Assembly (NCBI RefSeq): GCF_001194135.2
Contig: NC_068984.1
Location: 32,531,397 to 32,595,396 of the forward strand
From: Octopus bimaculoides
Taxonomy: Eukaryota
Length of the DNA stretch: 64,000 nt
Direction of reading: 5' to 3'
Shown here: piece after piece, positions 1-10,714 of the stretch
Numbering within the stretch: the stretch's first letter is position 1
Layout: every line of letters starts with the position of its first letter
Notes under the pieces: model-generated
Databases searched by the model: none
What the model was told of the DNA's origin: nothing
Seen by the model: the letters and a program-made list of their open reading frames with translations, nothing else
Position numbers and translations under genes: made by a program

Positions 1-2149
1 AAATTCCCTGTGCCCATATGCACAATTCCTCACAGATCCATATACAATACATGTTTGAAGATCTAATGTGAAATCAGTCAAATGTATTCGTATGTCTAAA
101 AGTCTAATTAAATCTCAATTAATTTTAATATATTCTGTCCATTTTCGACTTCATTTCTCCTTTCACTTGTTTAAATTAATATTGATTTGTCCATTAATAT
201 ATATCTTATACATAAATTACAATTTCTGTCTGTTACTATCTTGCTGCCTATACCAATGAACCAATCTGGACAAAACTTTGCATACATGTTAAACTAACAT
301 CTACTTCAATTATAGGCTGATTAGATTTCAATAAAAATCTACAATTGGCCTTCTAATGAGGTTGGGCTATTGTTTGATAAAATGAGAAGGGTGCAAAGAG
401 TGTTAGAGTGAGAGAAATATGGTGGCATAGTGAGTGTGGATGATATCAGAGAAGGGGAGAACAGCGTTGTGTAAGCACTCACACAGACACACATATACAT
501 ATATATACATACATACGTGTCTACTATACACCATTTTAAACTTGTGATTACCTATGCCTGTTTGTAAATGTGCATGTGTGTGTGTGTGTCTGTGTTTGTG
601 CAAGTGTCTCTCAACTTTTGTAGGGTCTTCTCTGTCACATATTGTGATATTTTAAAATTACATCAAAATTTTCAAATTTGGTATATTGAAATAATTTTCC
701 ACATTAGATTCAATTTTGTTATTTATTTGTTCCAGAAAAATTGCAGAAAAATGTTACTGAGGTTTAAAGTTTAATTAATTTTACCTAATCAGAAAACTAG
801 CTTTGGAAGCTGGCAATTTCTGCATGATAGTTGTCTATCACAAAAGGAAAGCAAGATCATTACAAGGAGGAATTTTTATTGAGCAAAAGAAAGCAAAGCA
901 TTACGATGACCAAAGTTGTAAAAACTTCTAAAGTTCAAATGAATAATGTCATGTGAAATGGTCGAACACACATGTAAATAATTTAGAAAGGAAAAATAAA
1001 CCCTCAACAAAGTTTTTTGTGAAAAATTGCACAATTCTGCCCTGATCAAGAGGACTATCTGTTGGTGAAGGCATTGTCTAACAGAGAATTAACAAAAATT
1101 TATATACAACGTTTTATTACAAAAATTGCCCAGCAACAATAGGCTCTTCAGTTAGTANNNNNNNNNNNNNNNNNNNNNNNNNNNNNNNNNNNNNNNNNNN
1201 NNNNNNNNNNNNNNNNNNNNNNNNNNNNNNNNNNNNNNNNNNNNNNNNNNNNNNNNNNNNNNNNNNNNNNNNNNNNNNNNNNNNNNNNNNNNNNNNNNNN
1301 NNNNNNNNNNNNNNNNNNNNNNNNNNNNNNNNNNNNNNNNNNNNNNNNNNNNNNNNNNNNNNNNNNNNNNNNNNNNNNNNNNNNNNNNNNNNNNNNNNNN
1401 NNNNNNNNNNNNNNNNNNNNNNNNNNNNNNNNNNNNNNNNNNNNNNNNNNNNNNNNNNNNNNNNNNNNNNNNNNNNNNNNNNNNNNNNNNNNNNNNNNNN
1501 NNNNNNNNNNNNNNNNNNNNNNNNNNNNNNNNNNNNNNNNNNNNNNNNNNNNNNNNNNNNNNNNNNNNNNNNNNNNNNNNNNNNNNNNNNNNNNNNNNNN
1601 NNNNNNNNNNNNNNNNNNNNNNNNNNNNNNNNNNNNNNNNNNNNNNNNNNNNNNNNNNNNNNATATATATACATATATATATATATATGCATGTGTTTGC
1701 ATATTCAGAAATGAGATGACTGGTCACATGTGTTTAGATGGTGGTAATTTGGTACGGTAGGCTGGATATTAAACTTGTTTTGGTGATGGCATTTTTTGGC
1801 AGCAATACTTTTTGGCACTGAAAGCAAACACACACATATACACATCCAGAAACAAAAATATATGCATACAGACATTAAAGTGAGGGAGAAAGACAGACAG
1901 AGGGAGTGATGTTCTTGTAGCAATCAGGGCATTTAATGCATCATAATGTTTTCTTTCTCTTTCTATGAATTTTCTGCTCACAATGCCAAAATTAAATTCA
2001 CTGCCAGTCTGTTTACTTTGTCAGAGATATATATAAATCCATTGTTAGAAAATTTTTCGTTCCATGTTTCATCAATATTTTATCAGCCATCGTATGTATA
2101 AAGTAAAGAAGAAAGCTAAATGAAGTTAGGTAATACAGTAGTTTAATAG

Positions 2150-2191
2150 TTGTGTCTACAAATGATTACAAAATCTTCATAGTACCAGAAG
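2150..2191 (+). pseudogene. CATSPERE-like exon (V)[13 protein letters not shown]
   Basis: tttaatag| acceptor (weak), GAAG|gtatgc donor, phase 1-1; resembles human YSTNSPNYRIF. Confidence 0.5.
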
Positions 2192-2248
2192 GTATGCGTG
2201 TATACACACACACACACATGCATGCATACATACATATGTATATATACA

Positions 2249-2305
<57 letters not shown>

Positions 2306-2484
2306 GTGTGTATATGTATATATATATATATGTATATATGTGTATATGTATGTGTATATATATGTGTGTATGTATATATATATGTATGTATATATATATA
2401 TATGTGTGTGTGTGTATATATATGTATATGTATGTGTATATTGTAAATAACAAGGTAGTCAGATGTTGAATGATTATATATAAG

Positions 2485-2543
2485 TTTATTTACATTTTGA
2501 ATGCTTTCTTCCCTTATCGGATTTATCAAAAGAGTGGTCTACA
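2485..2543 (+). pseudogene. CATSPERE-like exon (V)[19 protein letters not shown]
   Basis: Strong donor ACA|gtaagt; phase fits the previous exon; resembles IKLEYEGTLFTEWS. Confidence 0.55.
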
Positions 2544-3384
2544 GTAAGTTTGCTTTGCCTTTTTATATGAAATTGAAACTGATGATGTTTTAGAAAGAGC
2601 GGGAGAGGGAGAAGAACAAATTAGAAAGGAAGGTGCAGGAGTGAGAGAGGAAGAGAGAGAGGAAGAGAGAGAGGGAGATAGGGAAGATAGAGAAGAGAAA
2701 CGAAAGTAGAAGTGTGTTTGGGGTGTTTGCATTCGAAGAGAAAAGAAAGAAGTAAAAAGTTTGAGAGGGAGGGGAAAGTGGTCAAACTTGTTTGATTAGG
2801 ATTCAATATTTTTTTTTTTTCTGTAATTTCAGCTCAGAGCTGTGGTCATGTTGCTTTTTTGTATTTAGTGACCTTTTGGGTGCAGAAGAAAAGGTATTTT
2901 TGCATTCAAGTGGTCAAAGTTTTTAATTGGAAAACCAGATGTTGTTTTTGATTTTCTCCAGTAAGTATTATAATTACATTTCAAGGTCTTGTTTTTAATT
3001 CTTTTCCATTCATAAATGTAAGAGTGGGAGAATGGTTGTAAGGATGTGGGCAAATTTTTTTAAATTGAAACTCCAGATGTTGTTTTTTATTTAGCCCTGT
3101 ATGGCTATGCTTTGGAAAGAGTCGATTTTAAGTAAGTAAAGTTATGATTTTAAATAAAATCTGAAAATAGTTGGGAAAGTGTTTCCTTAATTATACTAGT
3201 AGAGAGCTGTGAGTGCCTGATGACATTCTAAGGGCTAGGTGTCTATCCCTGTATTTTCTTTACCCAAGACTGCAGCTCCATCAAAGAGAAGATCTGCAGA
3301 AGGTAGAGCCTCACAAATGGAGCCCATACATGCTCACCATCCAGAAATTGTTGCAGGTGGCATAATCTAAGAGCATGTCTGTAC

Positions 3385-4060
3385 GTTAGGAGTGATAAGT
3401 ACAGATTTTGTGGACAAAATGGTGAAATCGTATGGCATATTACCAGTCAATGTATGCCACTAGCCCAGAAAGAATATAAGAGATATCAAGACAATATAGC
3501 AAGGATTGTCTATTGGGCACTTTGCAGCATGGACTTGACAGAGCAACAATCTGGTGCAAACATACACCCGAAGGCATCATCAAAAATGATAATGCAAAGA
3601 TCCTATGGGATTTGATAATTCAGTGCGACCATGATATAGAGAATAGGAAACCAGACATAAGTGTTAATTGAGAAAGAAAGCAAATGATGCTAGATCATAG
3701 ATATAGCATGTTCAGCTGACAACAAGGTATGCAATAAGGAAGAAAGAATAGTCGATAGATATGACAGGTTAGCTTGGGAGGCTAAGTATCTGTGGTTACT
3801 GGAAAAAGTGGTAGTAGTACCAAGAATTGTTGGAGCCCTGGAAACAATGAGTAAAAGTCTTGAGAAGTACATGGAACAAATAAGGGCTGCAATAAGTGTG
3901 GAGCACTAGCAGAAAACAGCACTGCTTGGAACCGCTCGAATACTCTGGATGGTGCTCGAAAAATCAGAGGTGTTACCTTAGTTCACTGGTAGTGAACAGC
4001 TGACACTGTAGTACATCTCCAGCGTTAGAAGCTGTGCAAAGACAATGAAATAATAATAAT
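3385..4060 (+). mobile_element. 3' fragment of an R4/Dong-like non-LTR retrotransposon (zinc knuckle plus restriction-like endonuclease), degenerate
   Basis: Across frameshifts it reads YRFCGQNGEIVWHITSQC..LAQKEYKR..DNIARIVYWALC / KILWDLIIQCDHDIENRKPDI / IIDIAC / VVVVP.IVGAL / QKTALLGTARIL; ends in (TAA)n. Confidence 0.85.
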
Positions 4061-4275
4061 GAAAATGGTTTCAAATTTTGGCACAAGGCCAGCAATTTCG
4101 GAGGAGGAGTTAATTGATTACAACAGCTACAGTGCTTGACTTGTCCTTATTTTATCAACCTCAGAAGGATGAAAGACAAAGTCAACCTCGGCAGAATTTG
4201 AACTCAAAACATAAAAACATGATATGCTGCTAAGCATTTTGCCCTGTGTGCTAATAATTCTGCGAGCTCGCTGCC

Positions 4276-4277
<2 letters not shown>
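4061..4277 (-). mobile_element. tRNA-derived SINE, family A (head aaggcggcgagctggcagaatc)
   Basis: Homologous to copies at 10601, 36067, 43010 and 52535; B-box-like gagttcaaattc; flanked by (TAA)n. Confidence 0.85.
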
Positions 4278-4315
<38 letters not shown>

Positions 4316-4904
4316 TAATGATATTGATAATTATAATAATAAATAAATAAATATTTCTCAATTTAGCAATAAATTTGAAAACATTTTATTGCTCAATACT
4401 TGACATCATGTCTGGAATCCATCTCAGACTTTTTATCAATAAAATCAAATAAAGTGTAATCAGTATCAACACTTGAAACTAACCATATAATAATTACAGG
4501 AAGAAAATTTTAAAAAGAAATTTCTTTGCAAAGTTTAAATTATTTTTGAGACAAAATTACCCGAATATCATCAGTAATGTTGTCACTGTTAGTACAGCTG
4601 TCATCATTGCTTACACATCCAGTGGCATATAATTGTTATTTAACTGCACGTCATTTATGACCTTGCACACCTAGGATCAAAGGTGTTCCAATTATGACAA
4701 ATATCTATTCTTTTGAATGTCTAATATGCATCGTGGACAACATTTCTTATGTGGTCTTTCTTTATAGAAGGAGACATGACTACTATTTCTAGCATATCAA
4801 GCATCCGTGCAGAAAGTTTTACTTTGGCTTGCTGTTGTTTATGTGGGTCTGTATAGCACTGTTTTTAAAGCAACATTATATGGGCTACATACATTATATC
4901 ATAG

Positions 4905-4973
4905 CTTGATATTCTGTGCACTGAGATTCCGATTGACAAACCCTTGATACTAAATATGGTATTAACATTCATG
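4905..4973 (+). pseudogene. CATSPERE-like exon candidate LDILCTEIPIDKPLILNM(VLTFM)
   Basis: atcatag| acceptor in phase 0; donors ATG|gtatta or ATG|gtatgc; Cys at position 5 and Pro at position 13 spaced as in VPETCFVLNKSSP. Confidence 0.35.
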
Positions 4974-5041
4974 GTATGCAAATGAGTAGCCCCAGTTTCC
5001 TTTAGCTACTGAAATTGTTCAGTATATAAACAAATTTGCAG

Positions 5042-5130
5042 TTTCAGTTTCTGGGATTAGTCAAATTGATGTAGATACTCCTGATCAAGGCTGCTTATGA
5101 TATTTCTTTAGTTTACAGAAGAATAGCTAA
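5042..5130 (+). pseudogene. CATSPERE-like segment VSVSGISQIDVDTPDQGCL*YFF with internal TGA
   Basis: tttgcag| acceptor; resembles SSPGVHAIKPIVTGPDEEERYLF; TGA at 5098-5100; phase clashes with the preceding candidate. Confidence 0.4.
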
Positions 5131-5497
5131 AATAGCCCTGTTCATAATATTACTATATAAGTTACATATAATCTCTGGGCCTGCTGGTCTATAAAATGAC
5201 TTCTATTCATGCAAGTCTGTAAAATAGATTCTAGTATGTCCATACAAGTTTGTAATATACCCTCTATCTTTGTAGGTTGTACAACATAGCCTACATATAC
5301 TTGTTTCTTAGATAACCTGTGTTCAAACTAGTCTGTAAAATAGCTTTTATCTATGTTACTTGGTAGTATAGCTTACAGTGAGGGTGTGCATTATAGACTC
5401 TTTCTTTGCTCAGCCAGCCTCTATCCATGCTGGTCTGCAAAATAGCCTGAATATACTATTAAATTAAAGCTTCTATCCATAATGCAGCCTAGTTATT
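5130..5497. repeat. Degenerate minisatellite (ctctatccatgctggtctgcaaaatagc-like units)
   Basis: Several diverged units, and related units resume near 6150-6220. Confidence 0.5.
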
Positions 5498-5505
5498 GTC
5501 TAGTG

Positions 5506-6033
5506 CAGGGGTCACCAAACTACAGCCCGTGAGGTCAGTTCATCTGGCCTGCCACTGCCACACTGTACCTTTTGTGTAAGTACCTGCAATGAGAGTTCAT
5601 TTACCTCTGGTATGGCATCAGTGTTTGGAACAACTTTTGTCTCAGAGCAAACATTTTCAAAAATGAAGTATGTGAACTCAGTACATCGAACAAGGTTCAC
5701 TGATGAACATTTAAAAGCAATCCTCTTGGTTGGATGCAGCAAATCCAAAGCAAATATTGATGATATCTTCAACGCTAAACACCAGTTTCACAAATCTCAC
5801 TAACCTTTTTTGTTGCTTAGTTTGGGAGATTCAGATACGTGCACACTGGGTGTCATATAACTATCTTATTGCCAATATCAACTTCTTTAATAACATTTTG
5901 GTAAATAAATGTGGGCTGTCTTTATGTTTTGTTTAATCACTGTATTATATTGAACAAAATAGTTATATAGCCCCGTGCTCATCATTCTGTAAGTTATGTA
6001 GCCTGCTGCAAAAAAAGGTTTAGTGACCCCCTG
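5506..6033 (+). mobile_element. Internally deleted hAT (Charlie/SPIN-type) transposon
   Basis: TIRs CAGGGGTCACCAAAC / GTTTAGTGACCCCCTG; perfect 8-bp TSD GTCTAGTG (5498-5505, 6034-6041); ORF 5612-5803 MASVFGTTFVSEQTFSKMKY...RFTDEHL is a hAT dimerisation domain. Confidence 0.92.
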
Positions 6034-6389
6034 GTCTAGTGGTTAGAGGGTTGATTTTGCTCCTCTTCAACGAGATCCAGGTGGAACATCTCTCTACTGT
6101 CTCTGATATTATCTTTAGGGCAATATGACTTCTTTCCACACTGGTCAATTATATTGTCTATCCCTATTGTTCTGTAATGTAGCCTTTCCATGCTGGTCAT
6201 CAATATAGCTTTTATGCCTACATCTTGATCAGTGACACACAATGTTATCAGATATGGTCTACTCTAACTCAGAAGTAGTCCTTCAACTTTTGACTACTCC
6301 TAAAATTGATCATTATAAATTTTATCAAATTCCTTTTCATTCAGTCTTTATCATCTATTTGCAATACATCTCCTTAGCCAACGAATAAG

Positions 6390-6580
6390 ACTTTTCAGTT
6401 GCTTGGTGTGCTTGAGATAGAAATAGAAGCCAAATCTCACATGAACCACACTCTACAAGATTAGGGAAGAGATATTGCACAATATGGTCTTTGATACTCA
6501 AAAATGGGATGGTCATAAATGGAAAACATTTGATCATAGGTCTGCTCAAACAGGATTAATGTGAAACTAGATTATACCAA
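6390..6580 (+). repeat. Dispersed repeat fragment (cttgagatagaaatag..gccaaatctc...gatcataggtctgctc)
   Basis: Related fragments near 23270-23380, 28040-28080, 28500-28690, 38810-38860 and 60370-60410. Confidence 0.55.
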
Positions 6581-7315
6581 AATCACCATCAGTAACATTG
6601 TGTTACCAGTATTTTCCTAATTCTTGTTATGCATACATTGGACTATTTTATTGTTTCTGGACCATTCTTATAACTCACACTAGATTTTACACATAAATTA
6701 ACAATCATGATATTCTTAAACAAAATGTGTGAGTGAACAAACATCCTGACAAAAATTAATGAAGCAGATTTGAATATATTATAAAGTAAATACCAACTGG
6801 GATGTAATTAATCAAATTAGTCAAGAAACTAAATTTGTTTAGTTGTTAAAATTGATTGATATATATATATATATATATACATCAATAGTGTCTCACACAC
6901 AGACTCAGCTTCTTTCTAATGTATTCATATATAAATATACTGCTCACTTATGCAATAAGCACATTTCAAGTACATAATAAGATACATAGAGGGAAATTGT
7001 TTGGTTTTCATATCTTTAGAAAGATAAATGTTAGTGAGGTAAGAATATTAAATTGTCTCTCACCTAGGAAAGAAGATCAAGTCATAGAATTGACTTGCAG
7101 AGAGGCAACATTCTCTCTGTTTGTCTGCCTCTGTCTGTCTGTCTCTCTCTGTCTCTGTCTGTCTGTCTCTCTATTTCTCTCTCTTTCTCTCTTCCCTCTC
7201 TCTCCAATACACATTTGCCAGATCATGAAAATTTATTAATTGAAATTCTTCTAGTATTTACTATAATGAGATAAACAAGATATTCTTTTAGGTTTGATAA
7301 ATAAAAAGCCAGTCA

Positions 7316-7705
7316 TTGTCACCATCATCATCATCATCCTTTAAAATCTTTTTCCATGCTGGCATGTGTTTAACGGTTTGGCAAGAGTTGAGAAGCTGAA
7401 GAGCTGCACCAGACCCAAATAAACAAGCCAAGGTAAAACAACCTTTCTACTACTTCTAATGATCCTCTCAGACATTTGAGGGAGTTTATTTTCTGTACAT
7501 TTTTAGTGTTTATTTTACCCACACATTTGCTACACACAAAGACTACTTTCTTTGTTAATCTTCCTCTGATATGTCTACACCTCTTATTTTTCCATAGCAT
7601 GCACTGGGTACACCATGTAGAATTTTTACCTATACCCTTTCTACACACTGAGCAGAGCCATTTCTCTGAAGTGATTAGTAATTTGTCTGTTTTCCCCACT
7701 GTAAT
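7316..7705 (-). mobile_element. RTE-like LINE fragment with C4HC3 PHD-like finger plus (CAT)n tail
   Basis: WLCSVCRKGIGKNSTWCTQC..W..KRC..IRGRL..VFVCSKC...LEVVERLFYLG. Confidence 0.8.
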
Positions 7706-7977
7706 ATAAATCTTTGCATATTTTAATTACATTTTGCCTCCTATATTTCCCTGTCTTTTATTATGTTTCACTTTAAGGAAGAAATTTCAAAACCATTTCT
7801 TGAGAATCCTTCCTTTCAGTTATTTTAAATCATAATTTGGTAGTTAAGAATGTTCTTTTATTTTTAATTATTTTTGCTGATTAACATTGGTAAAAAGAAT
7901 CTAAAAATTGAGCAATCAATGAAGCATTGAACATGTTTATCTTCAAATTTAACTCTAACTTCTTCCAATCAATACAG

Positions 7978-8103
7978 ATGGAATTCATTGTTACCAATAT
8001 TTGTTACCATACAGTATCATATTTCTGAAACACACCCAGTCTGATGTTATATTGCTGTATTGTGAAGCTGACTTTTATTAAGTGTTTCACAAAATGTTTC
8101 ATT
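7978..8103 (+). pseudogene. CATSPERE-like exon DGIHCYQYLLPYSIIFLKHTQSDVILLYCEADFY*
   Basis: caatacag| acceptor; C1, F12, T16, Q17 and Y24 align without gaps to CFLWYYRVRHFFNNFTQLITVWAY; TAA at 8079-8081; possible phase-1 donor T|gtagtt. Confidence 0.5.
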
Positions 8104-8333
8104 GTAGTTGGATTGTAACTTCTTTTTTATCTTTTGGCCAATCCTAATCTACAAAAATAACTCATAACTAAAAATAAAAAAAACAATAACCAAAGTCTAA
8201 TTCATGATTAAAATAAATGAGTGGAGAGCTTCCTCACGAAAGAGGTTTGAAATTTCTTCCTTAGAAAAAACAAAATGGAAAATATACCAGTTAGAAAATT
8301 GAAAACAAAACCACAAATTTTTATACATTTCAA

Positions 8334-8489
8334 AGGTATGACTGGATGGTTGAGAAGCTTGCTTTGGAACCATGTGATTTCAAATTCAGCCCCACTGCAT
8401 GGCACTTTATGTAAGAATCATCTACTATAGCCCCAAGCCAACCAAAGTCTTGTAAGTGAATTTGGTGGACAGAATCTGTGTGGAAACCT

Positions 8490-8490
<1 letters not shown>
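8334..8490 (+). mobile_element. tRNA-derived SINE, family B, 5' part
   Basis: gaagcttgct..aaccatg..ttcagccccactgcatggc..ctactatagcc..ccaaag..ttgt..gatttggt motif shared with 20890, 40205, 46815 and 56350; followed by (TA)n. Confidence 0.8.
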
Positions 8491-8557
<67 letters not shown>

Positions 8558-9916
8558 CGAACATACATACACACACATATATACATATGTCTTTGTGTGT
8601 GTGTATTTATATATATATGTGTGTGTGTGTGTACATAAGAAATAAGTAAAAAATAATGGTCATTACATATTCTTCTTCTGTTAGAGCAGATTTGGCTTAC
8701 AGCTGTTTCCAGTTGTCATTATAGGTACATTACTGATAGATTTACTCAATTGGTCTATTGATCAATTGAAGCAAATTGAATGACCTGAGAAAATTTATGC
8801 TACTTTCATCAGAACAATTTGTTGGTTATAACAAGCAGCACAGTTGCTTTTTACGTGTCACTAGCACAGATGTGTGTGTGTGTGTGTACACAACACACAC
8901 ATGCATGAACACACACACACACATACATGCGTTCACACATGCACACACACACACACACACATGTGTGTGTATTATGTTTTTATTAGTGCTTGTGTTTGAC
9001 CCCATCACTGCTTGACAGTGATGAAGTTATTTTACTAAATTCTTAGTTATTTTCGAAATTAACTGGAACAAAGACAATACATTTCAATAGAAACATGGTA
9101 ACAAAAGGGGTTAATATACTATGTCATTGTTGTATTTATTTTGAAAGTATATAATTTTAATATTTTAATTGATATATCTTTAACATGTGAATGTGTGTAA
9201 GAGAAAGACGAGGTGAGTAAAAAAGGAAAAAATGACTTGCTCTCTGCAAGTCAATTCTCTGTCTCGGTTGTCTTTCCTAGGTGGGGTAATTTAAAATTCT
9301 AATATAACACCGATATCTTTATAAAGGTATGAAGATCAAATAATCTCTGTCCATGCATGATATTACATACATTAAATGTTGTGCTTATTGTTTATGTTTA
9401 TGTATAAATACATATGAAAAAAGTATGAGCAGGTGAGTGAGACAACAATGATGAGTATACCTCAATCAATTTTAACAGCTAAACAAATTCAGATTTTTGT
9501 TTTATTTAATTAATGATACTTTGATTGTTATTTACTTTATAAGTTATGAAAATCTGCTTCATGATTTTTATAAAAATGCCGTTTCTGTCACACTTTACAT
9601 TTAAGTGTATCATATATTTGATTGTATAATATAAAAGAAATATAAACATTTGCACTTCATTAAAGTATATATATGTGTAAGTGTTTGCACATCTTTGTGT
9701 AAGTATATGTGTCTATCAACTTAGATTTGGGTATCTCAAATATTGGTAGCTAACATAATGTCCATATTAATTATTTCATTTGTTTATTAAGGCATAGCAA
9801 TTATAATTATCATTTTCGAAATGTATGCTAATGTATTGAATACCATGTTGGTTTGGAAATCAGAAAACCTCACTCTTGCTAGTTTGCTTGTTATAAGCTT
9901 TTCTTATGTTTCCAAG

Positions 9917-10083
9917 CATTAAATGCTATTTATCATCTAGAAATTGCAATTGGTGGAAAGCCAACCCTTACATTATACAGAGGATTAGTAAACAGTATGT
10001 GCAGTGATAATCTGGAAGCAATCAAAGACATCGATACGGACAATCACAGTAGTCTATTTTGGAGAACTTTAAAGTTAGAGATG
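9917..10083 (+). pseudogene. CATSPERE-like exon (S)LNAIYHLEIAIGGKPTLTLYRGLVNSMCSDNLEAIKDIDTDNHSSLFWRTLKLEM
   Basis: Pyrimidine-rich ttcttatgtttccaag| acceptor, strong ATG|gtaagc donor, fully open frame; resembles SINSIVLSTQMATLGQKP...GTWRIVVPM. Confidence 0.65.
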
Positions 10084-10289
10084 GTAAGCTTTTCTAAATT
10101 CCTTGAGTTGATAGTGCTAATGAAGGGCTTTATTTCAAGAAAATCTCTATAAGCATGGTTGCATTGGAGCTGCCAACTATCAAACTTGTCTAAGACGAGT
10201 TTCCAGAATCCCTTTGGGAGTCAATAAAATATAATGCCAGTCAAGTATAGGAGTCACTTTAAACAGCCAATCTGTACCCCCAGATTTCT

Positions 10290-10400
10290 TCTTCTTCTTC
10301 TTCTTCTTCTTCTTCTTCTTCTTCTTCTTCTTCTTCTTCTTCTTCTTCTTCTTCTTCTTCTTCTTCTTCTTCTTCTTCTTCTTCTTCTTCTTCTTCTTCT
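10290..10400. repeat. (CTT)n microsatellite
   Basis: Pure trinucleotide run; explains the poly-L and poly-K ORFs. Confidence 0.97.
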
Positions 10401-10600
10401 CGTCATTGTCATCATCATCATTATTATATTTTCTGTATTTCACTTTTTAATCTTTCGTTATATCCTTACTGTTGTGGCTTTCCTTTTGATTAATATAAAC
10501 CCCACCATTTCATGTCTTGCATTTCATTCTTTGATGTCGTCTTTAATGTCCTGTGTCCTTGAAGCCAAAAAGAGAAGTAGCCATTATTATCATAATTATT

Positions 10601-10700
10601 AAGGCAGCAAGCTAGCAGAATCGTTAGCATGCTGGGTAAAATGCTTAGCAGTATTTTGTCTGTCTTCATGTTCTGAGTTCAAATACCACCAAGGTCGATC
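10601..10700 (+). mobile_element. SINE family A, 5' half
   Basis: aaggcagcaagctagcagaatcgttagc...gagttcaaataccaccaaggtcga. Confidence 0.8.
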
Positions 10701-10714
10701 ATCTCTTAATTCAG

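Noticed and set aside
6500-6580. WKTFDHRSA as the CATSPERE W.YDPESA exon
   Set aside because: Part of a dispersed repeat also present at 23270-23380 and 28500-28690
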